A DNA stretch of 47,188 nt, taken from assembly GCA_023334545.1 (NCBI GenBank), contig JAADVB010000147.1:1-47188 (forward strand), read 5' to 3'. Shown in pieces: positions 9,608 to 19,591 of the stretch. Below the pieces are notes generated by a model. The model worked only from the letters and a program-made list of their open reading frames with translations. It searched no databases and was not told the origin of the DNA. Numbering within the stretch: the first letter of the stretch is position 1; each line of letters starts with the position of its first letter. This DNA is from Salisapilia sapeloensis CBS 127946. Its lineage: Eukaryota; Protista; Oomycota. The translations under genes and the position numbers were made by a program.

Positions 9608-11197
9608 CTACATCAACATGGCAGCGAATGCGAGGAGGGCCGTGGCGCCCATGGCGGCACGACCTGCACCATTCTCGCCTTGTGTATCGGCGTCATCACT
9701 TCCGCCCTTGGTACCGGAACCTCCATTGCCACCAGCCGCCGATCCAGAGCCGCCATAGGATCCGCTGTCCGAACCCATGTCGTACTCATAGTCTTCTGGA
9801 GCAATCTTACAGTCGCCATCACCCGAGCCTCCGCTCTTGCACTCCATACAGAGGGAGCAGTAGAGTCCACGACCACATCCAATCTTCGAGTCCGCACACT
9901 TCTTGCTGTTTTCGTAGCACGGAGGGTTGGCCTCGGCCACCTTCTCAACTTCGGGAAGAGCCTTGAACTTTGGATTTTTCTGCGCTTGTTCGTTGTACAG
10001 CTCGACCATCTTCTGGGCACGGTGGGCATTCGCAGCCTTCATACCAGGGTCCTTCCAGAACTTGATGCTTTCGTGGACCTTGAATCCACCATCGTTCGTC
10101 GCATTGAATTCGACACCTCCGTCCTCGCAGAACTCCTTGTAGTTCTTGTAATAGTTGCCACTGGAATCCTTCATCTTGGTGATGCCGACAATGTCATCAA
10201 TGTTAATGTAGCCCATAATCTCGTACGAGAAGGTGCAGTTCTTTCCATCCGGAGCTTTGCCAACGGGGCACAGACCACCCGGGTACTTCTCGCGGCACTC
10301 AGGCGTTTTTTCAGAACGGTCCTTTTGGGCACAAGAGTTCGGGTACGAGAACCAGTAGTTGTTCGGGTATGGGGCACGAGGGTCCGTCTCCTTGACCTGA
10401 GCACCGACACAAAGTCCAAGATCCTTTTCTTTGTCAAGACCATAGTACTGCTTGCACTCGTCCGGCAGGTCGCTTCCTTGGTCCGTACATTTCGCACTGT
10501 CCATCGCAACGAAGGGGCAGAACTCAGGTAGAGCAGCAGCATTGTCAGCGTAGTATTTCATGGAAGCCTTCGGCTGGACAATCGTCATCTCGTAGAAGAC
10601 GATGTACTGCATGTTGTTCTTGCGCTGACACTTCACGCTCTGCTCATCGACGTTGATACCTTCGGCCTGGACGTACATGAGCGCACCTTCGATGGATGCA
10701 GTGTTCACAGTGTCCAGTGCCTGGATGTAGTGGTCTTCCGTCGAGTCACCGTACTTAGAAACCCATCGGTTAAGCTCATCCGACCACTCTGGCTCATCGC
10801 CCTGCACACGCGCTTGGTACGACCTGAACGCCTTCATCCAGTCGGCACCGCCTTCGATCTTGCCGACTGATCCCGCAGTATCAAGGCTACCGCCCACCAT
10901 TTCCCCGGCAGAGCCACCTTGGTCCGGGGTCGTAAGGCCAGCACCGTCAGTCTGACCTTGACTACCCGTTCCCGACGCCGCTTGGCCTTGACTGGCCGTT
11001 CCTGAAGCCGCACCTTGGCTGGCCGTTCCTGGCGCCATGGCCTGACCGGCCGATTCGCCACCTTGCGACGCGGCTGGCTGTGCCGCAGCCGATCCCGGCT
11101 GGGCTTCATTGTTTGCTACTTTGAAGTGGAAGTTGTTGGCATTCGCGCCAGAGGCGGCGAGGAGAGCAGTCGCGAAGAGAGTGATTCCGCGCAACAT
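9608..11197 (-). CDS. Secreted, probably GPI-anchored Cys-rich protein of an oomycete-typical family of unknown function, 529 aa
   Basis: Signal peptide MLRGITLFATALLAASGANA; G/A/S/Q-rich spacer; Cys-rich core (ALDTVNTASIEGALMYVQAEGIN..C.RKNNMQYIVFYE..RAPYPNNYWFSYPNSC..GGLCP..PDG..CTFSY); G/S/D spacer; hydrophobic C-terminus AAMGATALLAFAAMLM with no cytosolic tail. Confidence 0.9.
   Translation of the reverse strand: MLRGITLFATALLAASGANANNFHFKVANNEAQPGSAAAQPAASQGGESAGQAMAPGTASQGAASGTASQGQAASGTGSQGQTDGAGLTTPDQGGSAGEMVGGSLDTAGSVGKIEGGADWMKAFRSYQARVQGDEPEWSDELNRWVSKYGDSTEDHYIQALDTVNTASIEGALMYVQAEGINVDEQSVKCQRKNNMQYIVFYEMTIVQPKASMKYYADNAAALPEFCPFVAMDSAKCTDQGSDLPDECKQYYGLDKEKDLGLCVGAQVKETDPRAPYPNNYWFSYPNSCAQKDRSEKTPECREKYPGGLCPVGKAPDGKNCTFSYEIMGYINIDDIVGITKMKDSSGNYYKNYKEFCEDGGVEFNATNDGGFKVHESIKFWKDPGMKAANAHRAQKMVELYNEQAQKNPKFKALPEVEKVAEANPPCYENSKKCADSKIGCGRGLYCSLCMECKSGGSGDGDCKIAPEDYEYDMGSDSGSYGGSGSAAGGNGGSGTKGGSDDADTQGENGAGRAAMGATALLAFAAMLM
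10956..11040 (-). repeat. Three imperfect ~27-30 nt coding tandem repeats (GTASQG-AAS units)
   Basis: Plus-strand units resemble CCTTGACTGGCCGTTCCTGAAGCCGC; protein reads GTASQGAASGTASQGQAASGTGSQGQ. Confidence 0.7.
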
Positions 11198-11239
11198 TGT
11201 TCGGAAAGGTTGAAGACCAGACTTGTGTGTGCTCGGACG

Positions 11240-11255
11240 CCAAACTCGAAATGAA
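11240..11255 (-). promoter_or_regulatory. Oomycete Inr+FPR-like core promoter of the GPI-protein gene
   Basis: Minus strand reads TTCATTTCGAGTTTGG about 45-55 nt upstream of the ATG at 11197. It fits YCATTYY followed by an FPR-like TTT element. Confidence 0.6.
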
Positions 11256-11765
11256 AAGATTTGTCGAGTTTGTGCTTTTCAAAAAAATCCGCGAATTGTG
11301 CACCCACCAGCTGAAAAATTGTCTATTCCGTCCAATGAAAACGCTCGGGTGGTCGAAGTACGCTTGCGATGCATGTAAACCCAGTGTTTAAGGGAAAGGA
11401 TAGGTTCATCTTTTGTTCGTGCTCGTCGAGAGACCGACTTGGTTTGTCTATTGAAGCCGAAGTGTTTTTCGCACGTGTAAAAGATAGGACTGCGTTGGTA
11501 ATGGAAGCTTGCAAGGGATGTGAAGTCGTAGATCGAATGTGCCGGACGTAGTAATTTGGGATCAGTACCACTTGGGTGAAAGATGGATAGTGCCTCGTGT
11601 GCATTGTATGCTCTCTTGACGCGCCGAGTCGCGCGTGGTCTAAAAATATACAAAGAAACAACTTCTGTGTCTGATCCTCTCCGTAGCAAACCGCTCCTGT
11701 CATTGTGCGTATTGCATCCTCCTGCCTCGCAACGTGGATTCCACAGATAGAAACTTGGGCTTCCC

Positions 11766-14700
11766 ATGCAATCTGGTCCGCACCACTTCACACCATCGGT
11801 AACCCCGAAGCCGCAGAAACCTAGTGCAAATGGACGCTCTGGACGCTCTTTTACGGTAGCTACTTCACCCAGTACTGTTAATCCGTCCAGCTGGAGGGGC
11901 GACAAGTACAGTTCGAATGAAGTTCGGGTGCCAGAGCGAGCGACACCTTCGACAGTTGTGCCACCGACGTTTCGAAAGAAGAAACTCGTCCTGAGCGGGG
12001 ACATACGCAACTTGGGTACCAACTTCGCGTTAGCAACGCAGCAAGTGCATCTTCCGCTCGATGTGATCATCACGGCGTTTGACAGGTATCATGTCGCGGT
12101 ATCCCGAGAGGAAGCAAATGCATTACTGCACGAGTATGAAGAGAACAATGATAGTAACCTCGAGTACTCGGAGTTTCTAGATGATATTGTGCGCATGCTG
12201 CGTCAGACTGCACTCAACCGATCGGGTTTTGGTCGAGACAGGATTAAGAAGACGAGACTTGGCAAGCACGTCGAGAAACTATCGACCATCCACTCGCACT
12301 TGAAAGAGCAAGTGGATGAAGTACTTGGTGCGAATCTTCGCGTATCATGGAGCAAAGTGAAGGAGGCACTGCAACAGGCAGATCCTGCGCGAAAAGGTTG
12401 GCTGTCGCAAGCCGTGTTCAAGGATGTTATGACGAGTCTTGAAGTGCATTTGAGTGACGACTTAATTCAGAATTTGGCATTTGAGCAACCAGCGAAAGCA
12501 AGTGGCAGTAGCCAAGAAGACATTGACTATAATCAATTCCTAAGCTATTACGGTGGGCCATTCCTAACTGCGGACACCAACAGTGTCGCACAATCGCTCA
12601 TTTTCGATCGGGCAACGGGGAAACGAGATACACAAGCAATACTCTCTAATGATACCTTTAGCTCACCAGGTGTCACCTCGACATTAACACAAAAAGGGAG
12701 CAACCCTAGAAAAGTATCTTTGAAGACTCATCGTGAGCCGGTCGCAGCCCCAGTCAGCGAAGATGAAAACATCGAACGTGTTCGGGTGATTTTAAGTGAT
12801 AAGATTGCATCGAGGTACTCGGACGTGAACAAAGCGTTTATGGGGTTGGATAAAGATGGAAATGGACTTATCTCATATGGCGAACTAGTGGAAGTGCTAG
12901 AGAATTATAATATTACGATGACACCGGAAGAAATGCAAGCACTCATGTCCATTCTAGACTACAGTGGCGATGGCTACATCGATTACCACGAGTTCTTTAG
13001 TCATTTTGGCGATGCACTTAAGCCAAGTGCCGTCGTCGCTGTGCAAAGAGACTTGCAAGAGAACGCATCCCTTATCTTTGCCGGTGATAAAACCATCAGA
13101 GGCGCGTACAAGAACCGAAACGCATTGTCTACGCCTGGGAATGAGTTGAAAGAAGCCATGTCGCGATTGACGGATGATTCGTGGAGAGCCATTTACGTCG
13201 AATTGTCTCTTGGTGACAGTCGTCATGCAGGCATTGTCGCCTCTGCGGAACTCGTTCGAGTCCTTTCCAAATACCTTGGTGACCTTCCCAATGACCATTT
13301 CAACTCTCTCTACCGATCCTGCGGATCCAAGACTCGACACCTCATGGACTACAAAGCACTCATTCGTAACTATCGACCGCATGTCCTTGACACTACAGAA
13401 TACTTTCAAAAGGATCAGCACGCTCTTGTCGAACGAGCGTATGCCAAATCCCCGACCGAGTCTCTAGTGATGAATTGGACCATTCGTGTAATTCGTGCGC
13501 AAATGACATCGGAGCAATGGAAAGCAATGAAGGATGCTATCTGGTCAGCGGATATTCGACGTCAAGGTCGGATAGTGTCTACTGAATTCGAAGCGATCGT
13601 GAAGAAGCACATGGGACTACAAGAAAACCAAGCTTCCTTCCTGAGTTTCTTCTATGAAGACCGAAGTACTGCGTTTGATCAAATCCTCGTGCGATATGAC
13701 TCTTTCATCACGGACTTTGAAGACCCAGGTCTCGAAAGCGCTGATGCAGCGTCAGTAAAAGATGATGCCGCTCGAACTCCGCGAGTGAGTAGGAAGGGAG
13801 CAGTGTTACCACCTTATGCTCTGGTGAAATCTGACAAAGTCGCAAAGCCCGTGAAGAAGGAAGATGAAGCAATCGCGTGGGTACGAACATTAATCCAGAG
13901 TCATATTCAGCAATTAGAGAAGCTGTTAGAGGAAGCTGACTCGGAAGGTCGTGGTTGCATCGCCCTCGAGTCTTTTCATGAGCTTTGCAAACGCCTGAAG
14001 AAAGGAAGTTGGAGCTATTCGACAGCTGCGTCGACTGTTCTTGGCAAGTACATTGCGAACAAATTGTTTTACTATCGAGGATTCCTCCTGGATTATGATT
14101 CACAGGCAGGGCTGCAGACCCAAGGACTGGTCATGCAGGACGATGATGATGAAGAAGTTGAGTCGGCAGTAGATGAGTTCGCTGAAGAGGATGACGATAA
14201 CGAGTTGGTTGTGTATCTAGATCTTCACCAAGCGAAGGAAGCACTTCGTTTCTTGCTATCGACTTCTAAATCCCGTCAGGCTACGGTCTACAAGTCTTTT
14301 CAACGCATGGATCCTGCTAGGCATGGTCTATTAACACTGCCAGAGATTCGTCGAGTCTTGGAGAGAGTAGAGGTCTTTGTACAGGAAGCAACAGCTCGAG
14401 AACTTCTCCAGACTTATGAACAAGAGGACGACGACGGTAACAAGTTAGGTAGATACAAGTACTTGCAGATGCTACACGCTCATGGTGGACGTGACCCAGA
14501 CAAGCTGGATGGCATGTCGGATATATCCAGCAACTGCTCCTACTACAGTGCTATTACTATTAGCCCACGTCCAGTCATGCGTAGTCAAGCGAAGAAGGCA
14601 GGTCCACAGTCCCTTGTACGTAAAGAGTACGCAGTCGCTGCGGCAGCTATCGCAAATGCTATTGAGAAGCCACGCGCTTATCGGTACGCAGCGTCCAGTG

Positions 14701-15329
14701 GAACTTGTGAATCGATCGAGACTCTACTCCAACAACAGTTACAAAAGATAGGTAAGAATAGGTGGAAGGAGCTATCTAAAGCATTTCAACGCATTGACAA
14801 AGATCGTACGGGTAGCATCAGTGTTGCTGGTTTCCAAAAGGTGCTTGACGAATTGGGACTGTCCCTTAGTGCTGAAGCGATGGTCAAGTTACAATTAAAG
14901 TACGACGTACAGCAGAATGGACGTCTGAGTTACCATGAATTATTGCATCAACTAACGAGTGAAATAAGACGAGGAAAGGGGGCCACGAGCGAGAAAGTGG
15001 AAGGCTTACTGCCAGTACTCGAGAATCCATCATCACCGAGAGACTTGTCTTCACGAAAGAACGAGAGGATGAAAACGATGAAGAGAGGCGACATTTCATC
15101 CGTGGTGAAAAACAGTATTCAGGCGAAGTGGAAACAGATCTACAGCTCTTTGAAAGCAGTCGATAAAGAGAAGAAAGGAAGACTAAGCGCTGCTCATTTC
15201 CGACAAATGCTTCAGTGGTACTCGATTCAGCTTTCGGATGATGATTTCTTGGACATATTGCGGCAATTCGAAAGTAGCGATGATGAACTTGTAGACTACA
15301 ACCGATTTATGCGTGCATGTCTTACATAA
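11766..15329 (+). CDS. Multi-EF-hand protein (EFCAB6-like pattern), 1187 aa, single exon
   Basis: About 8-9 repeated helix-loop-helix pairs. Canonical loops DKDGNGLISYGE and DYSGDGYIDYHE; degenerate ones include DPARKGWLSQAV, DIRRQGRIVSTE, DPARHGLLTLPE, DKDRTGSISVAG, DVQQNGRLSYHE and DKEKKGRLSAAH. Confidence 0.85.
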   Translation: MQSGPHHFTPSVTPKPQKPSANGRSGRSFTVATSPSTVNPSSWRGDKYSSNEVRVPERATPSTVVPPTFRKKKLVLSGDIRNLGTNFALATQQVHLPLDVIITAFDRYHVAVSREEANALLHEYEENNDSNLEYSEFLDDIVRMLRQTALNRSGFGRDRIKKTRLGKHVEKLSTIHSHLKEQVDEVLGANLRVSWSKVKEALQQADPARKGWLSQAVFKDVMTSLEVHLSDDLIQNLAFEQPAKASGSSQEDIDYNQFLSYYGGPFLTADTNSVAQSLIFDRATGKRDTQAILSNDTFSSPGVTSTLTQKGSNPRKVSLKTHREPVAAPVSEDENIERVRVILSDKIASRYSDVNKAFMGLDKDGNGLISYGELVEVLENYNITMTPEEMQALMSILDYSGDGYIDYHEFFSHFGDALKPSAVVAVQRDLQENASLIFAGDKTIRGAYKNRNALSTPGNELKEAMSRLTDDSWRAIYVELSLGDSRHAGIVASAELVRVLSKYLGDLPNDHFNSLYRSCGSKTRHLMDYKALIRNYRPHVLDTTEYFQKDQHALVERAYAKSPTESLVMNWTIRVIRAQMTSEQWKAMKDAIWSADIRRQGRIVSTEFEAIVKKHMGLQENQASFLSFFYEDRSTAFDQILVRYDSFITDFEDPGLESADAASVKDDAARTPRVSRKGAVLPPYALVKSDKVAKPVKKEDEAIAWVRTLIQSHIQQLEKLLEEADSEGRGCIALESFHELCKRLKKGSWSYSTAASTVLGKYIANKLFYYRGFLLDYDSQAGLQTQGLVMQDDDDEEVESAVDEFAEEDDDNELVVYLDLHQAKEALRFLLSTSKSRQATVYKSFQRMDPARHGLLTLPEIRRVLERVEVFVQEATARELLQTYEQEDDDGNKLGRYKYLQMLHAHGGRDPDKLDGMSDISSNCSYYSAITISPRPVMRSQAKKAGPQSLVRKEYAVAAAAIANAIEKPRAYRYAASSGTCESIETLLQQQLQKIGKNRWKELSKAFQRIDKDRTGSISVAGFQKVLDELGLSLSAEAMVKLQLKYDVQQNGRLSYHELLHQLTSEIRRGKGATSEKVEGLLPVLENPSSPRDLSSRKNERMKTMKRGDISSVVKNSIQAKWKQIYSSLKAVDKEKKGRLSAAHFRQMLQWYSIQLSDDDFLDILRQFESSDDELVDYNRFMRACLT

Positions 15330-15666
15330 GTGCACGAATATGATCGTTTCATCGGAAAGAGATACATAGTGAATTTACAGCTCAGCAAGAAATATATCTT
15401 GTCGTTTTCTATAGTTACGAGTACTTCAATAGCTTCTTCTGACTACTACTCATTGACACATGCGATAGTGAGCTGGCTCATGTAGCAGAAATCTCTATTT
15501 GAATGTAGAATCATACTTTATTTACTTTTATTGATGAGTCCTTGCTGCTAGTGTACATCAAATCTTCGCAGCTGACCGAGTCCGTTTCATGCACATCGAG
15601 AGGTGATATACACTCCAATTATATTTAAATAGCTTTCAAATAGTTTCACGACTTTCTCTAGCGACC

Positions 15667-17602
15667 ATGGCGAATGAATCGTCGTTGCCCTCTCGGCGTG
15701 CCCTTAATGCTGTGAGTCCTTCTCCGATCGATATCTTCGAGCACAATCAGCAGGCTTCCAGATCCAAGTGTGGTCGACTTAACTCTTACATGAGAAGCAT
15801 TCATGACTTCTGGTATCGAATACAGCTTTCTCATCAAGGAAAATACTCGCTTGAAAGATTGGAAGCTTTTATAGACCACTGCAACAGAACATCGCTACTT
15901 AAATCGCTACTCATGTGTTTATACGCACCTCTACCATCGATTTTGGTCGTTCTTGGCTTGGAATCTATCCCAATCAAATCTCCAAGCGCGAGCTGGGAAG
16001 AAAACTGGGCATTTTGGATAAGAACCTTTCTCACAATACTTGTTGTCAGTCTGTCCGAGTTCTACCAGGGATGGTTTTCAATCCCCGACTTAAATTTATC
16101 ACATTTCCATATTGTTATGCTGTCAATGCTCACAACTACAGCTTCCGCAGGAACAGTCTTTATCGCTGCTCAAATTACATTTCCAACACCATTCGCCATC
16201 GTTGCATCAGGAGTACCATGGGCGATTTCAGCAATAGTTGGCACAGTTTTTACTATCGGCATCCACCGAGTGAGAACGGAGCCAGAGCTCCGTATGCAGC
16301 TAAAGCAACACTTTCTCATCTTCTTCGTCCAAATGCAGCTAACATTTATTTATCCAACGTATCGTGCCATGTTCGCAGCACTCTCTTCCAACCAGCAAGT
16401 GGCTTTCGTCGCACTGTTGCCAGGAATCAAGCTATTCATGAAAAATTTACTCGCTTGGGCTGGATCTCATTCAGAAGACGCCAAGCCTGAGCTTGTTACA
16501 ATGTCAGTCCAGGTACGTGAATTCAAGATCACCTCCATAAGTTTTAGTTTTAATCAACATTTATTGCATGTATAGTTATTTAATGCGCTCTATGTCTCCA
16601 CTTGTATTCAAACTGCAGACTCGACCTTGAGCGTAGCTTTTATCATGCTCCTGGATTGTATCCACTCTATTATGACACTGCGCGACATTCATAATAATAC
16701 CAAGTCCATTCAAATGCTCTTGCGAGATCAAGGTAAGGATCATGAAAACTTGCTCGCAGTTGTCGACCAGTATGTCAAAGAGTCTGACATTGCAGCCTAT
16801 CTAGTTCGGAGAGACATCCGTATCTCGTCTACAGTACACCATTCACTAACAGAGCACAGACAGAAATATCTCACTGCACTTACGCATAAAGCTTCAAAAC
16901 TGCCAAAAGTAAAAAGTACAAAAAAGTTTATCGAAAGTAAAAAGCGCCGTAGCTCGGCGTTTATATCTCGTGCCACGCCAGTCTTTAAACAAGAGGTAAA
17001 AGTCGTCAGTTGTGACTCAACCATCCAAGGCACGTGTCGAAATAGTTCAGGACAGAATATTTTAATAAAGTCTCGTCGGAACAACAAGGTACAAGTGATT
17101 GACGAGACATTGACACTCATGTTCCGGGTGGAAGTAACGGCATTGACCGAGTACGTCGAATGCCTCATTCCGTTCATGTACTCGATATACGTCATTGTCG
17201 TCTTCCATGTACCAAGCGCCGTCTACCATCCCCAAATCCGAGATTTGGATAGCTCTCGAGTGGTATTAACCACCTTGAGTATCCTCATGTACGCTTCTCT
17301 CGAACTAGTGTCCTTCATCCTACTTCACTTTTTGATCAAACGCAAGTTTCACTTCTCTCCTTTCCACCTACTGACGTTCGTGATCGAGACGCATTGGTGG
17401 CTGATCCAATCCAGACTCTTTCTATCCGTCACATATGTACTCCTGCATACAACACTTGAGCACTATGGTAACTTCCTCCAATACGCATACACATGCATAA
17501 CAACTGACGTGCATTGGATTCGTAGGCAACGACTTCACTTTTGAGTTCATTTGGCTAACTGAAAGTACGAACGATACGAATAGCTCTCAACTATCTGGAT
17601 GA
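15667..17602 (+). CDS. Oomycete-typical multipass transmembrane protein, 3 exons, ~604 aa
   Basis: Exons 15667-16512, 16576-17467, 17526-17602; introns of 63 and 58 nt (GTACGT..TAG, GTAACT..TAG). Splicing restores VTMSVQ/LFNALYVSTC and HYG/NDFTFEFIWL. It joins track ORFs 15667..16575 and 16627..17544; many hydrophobic helices. Confidence 0.85.
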
Positions 17603-17730
17603 TAACGTAGATGCTAGACTTCACATGCCTCTATCAACATCCACTAGGATGCTCCTTTGGACCTTACGCAACGGAAACGAAAGCGTTTAAGTGTATCTAA
17701 TACCCCATTATATATGTATTTGACGTCTAC

Positions 17731-19035
17731 CTACTGTTCTACGTCTCGATATAGCAGTTGATTGACGGACGGAAGTTCTAGCTCTCCTTGATGCTCTCGA
17801 TCACCCATCGCGGTAGGAGTACAGACGCTTCGGATTGGCGACAGCGATGAGCTAGTCCAGCGGCTGGTTCCATCCACTGGTGCGCTAGTCTCTGGTGTCT
17901 CCACTACCGTCCAGGGTTTCCATGTCGGCGTCAATGGCGGCAGCGACAATCCCATATCCGTCGACTGGCTACTCCCAGCCGCATGTGGCGTATCACCAAG
18001 GACGAATCTCGAAATATTTGAAAAAGGATCTTTGTGAGGAGTTAGCGTATTGCTTCCAGCCCATCGAGTCGATTCGGAGATCGTCGGGAGCATGTTATCC
18101 GATCTATCGGACGCATCGACAGTAGTGTCCACATACAGATTTGGTTTTCGACTAACTAGAGACGAATGAGCTTTTGGACGAGGACAAGGCATTTCTTCCG
18201 ATGACATGTTAAGCACTGCGTTCCGAGAGTACGTCTCCGGCGTTTGAGTTCGATATACGAATTCACGCTGCTCCTCGAACTCGGACGAGTCCGTTGGATT
18301 CATATAGTTCGTAAATGGCTTTCGGGACGGCGAGAGTTTATGTTTATTCGATGGAAACCGATTCGTTGTTGGCATGAAGGCAGAGAAACTAGTGGATGGG
18401 CTCTGTCGATCAGGCGTTGGTGTGAGGGACCCAAGCATGCTTAGACGATGACGCTCTTTGTTTATCTGCTCCTCAAAGTACGGAAGCGTACGGTTCGCTC
18501 GAGCGAGTTTCGTGAAAAACTTTTGGGCGTGCGTCCGAACTTGTGTTGATGTTCTTGTGCCGATGACACGAGCAATTTCTCCCCACTGCGGTCCTCGAAA
18601 CATCTCGAGACCGCGTAGAAACCATCGATGCTCTTCCGCTGTCCATCGACCGATGGCAATCTCCTTGTTACGTGGCGTTCGCTGCATCGACACTGGTCTA
18701 GAGTACAAAGGTGTAGGACTTGGTGTCTTTATCTGCATGCTAGACGATAGACTCATGCCGTCTTGATACGACAACCCGACGCTGTATGTCGGAAGCGAGT
18801 GCATCATGGTCAGGGGGCTGTAGGCGTCTGCCACTTTGGGATAAGACGCTTCTTGTATCGCTGGCCACCTCGGATCGGAACAAGGTCGAGCAGTATTGGA
18901 TTCGTAATGGACGTTGGAACGCCAGTGCTGTTCGCAATTGCGTGCCATGCTAAAAGATCGTGGATCCGATCCGTATGGTCTAGCTCTGAGCCTCTGAAGA
19001 CAACTTGTGATATGAATGCATTTGATTTGGGTCAT
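17731..19035 (-). CDS. Single-repeat Myb-like transcription factor, SHAQKYF class, 434 aa
   Basis: GRWTAEEHRWFLRGLEMFRGPQWGEIARVIGTRTSTQVRTHAQKFF (~18500-18660), flanked by S/P/T-rich disorder, with a C-terminal LELPSV motif. Confidence 0.92.
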   Translation of the reverse strand: MTQIKCIHITSCLQRLRARPYGSDPRSFSMARNCEQHWRSNVHYESNTARPCSDPRWPAIQEASYPKVADAYSPLTMMHSLPTYSVGLSYQDGMSLSSSMQIKTPSPTPLYSRPVSMQRTPRNKEIAIGRWTAEEHRWFLRGLEMFRGPQWGEIARVIGTRTSTQVRTHAQKFFTKLARANRTLPYFEEQINKERHRLSMLGSLTPTPDRQSPSTSFSAFMPTTNRFPSNKHKLSPSRKPFTNYMNPTDSSEFEEQREFVYRTQTPETYSRNAVLNMSSEEMPCPRPKAHSSLVSRKPNLYVDTTVDASDRSDNMLPTISESTRWAGSNTLTPHKDPFSNISRFVLGDTPHAAGSSQSTDMGLSLPPLTPTWKPWTVVETPETSAPVDGTSRWTSSSLSPIRSVCTPTAMGDREHQGELELPSVNQLLYRDVEQ

Positions 19036-19426
19036 TGATAATTCTTTCCATCGTTTATGGATTCTCTGTTGTCTACGCGAGGCAGAGAAAAGGATGATTT
19101 CCTTCTTCCGAACGCACTTCGCTTGAAAAAAAGATCAAGGTTTCCATCCTTATTCGACCTAGAGAGGACGTCTACGCTTGTTCTCGGCAGACGAAAGGTC
19201 GAAAAGATAGAGAAAGAGAAGGATATGTGGGCAGGAGAGGAGGAAAAAACAGGATGCGTGTCCGGCATCGACAATCAGGCACATGAGAACGGATGCATAA
19301 CGTTCATCTCCAGCATTCGAAACAAGCTACGAAAACGATCGACGTGCGTATGCAGTTACATTCAAAAATTTACATGCTCGGTGGAAAAAAACTAGAAAGA
19401 AAAGCAGTGTGGATACGTGGAAACCT

Positions 19427-19516
19427 CATTGGCTTGGCACGACATGAGCAGATCAACTGCGACCGGCTGATGTCGATCAAGCGTCGCGCCAACTTCAAAA
19501 ACAAAGCAGCCAATCA
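19427..19516. promoter_or_regulatory. Two oppositely oriented CCAAT boxes in the Myb/Tudor divergent promoter
   Basis: CATTGGCT at 19427-19434 and AGCCAATCA at 19508-19516, between divergent ATGs at 19035 and 19592. Confidence 0.55.
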
Positions 19517-19591
19517 CAGACGCGCAGCTCAGCTGTACCCACTCGCAAAATAGAATACAGTTTTCTTCGCTTTATATTCCTTAGACGCCTC

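Noticed and set aside
9680-10531. 283-aa plus-strand ORF and other long ORFs antisense to the GPI-protein gene
   Set aside because: These are shadow frames produced by strong codon bias of the minus-strand gene; they have no protein-like motifs.
11279-12073. 264-aa minus-strand ORF overlapping the EF-hand gene start
   Set aside because: It overlaps a well-supported gene and its promoter, and shows no recognisable domain.
15531-15576. TGATGA ... CTGA pair suggesting a C/D snoRNA
   Set aside because: The spacing of about 40 nt is too short, with no terminal stem or recognisable guide.
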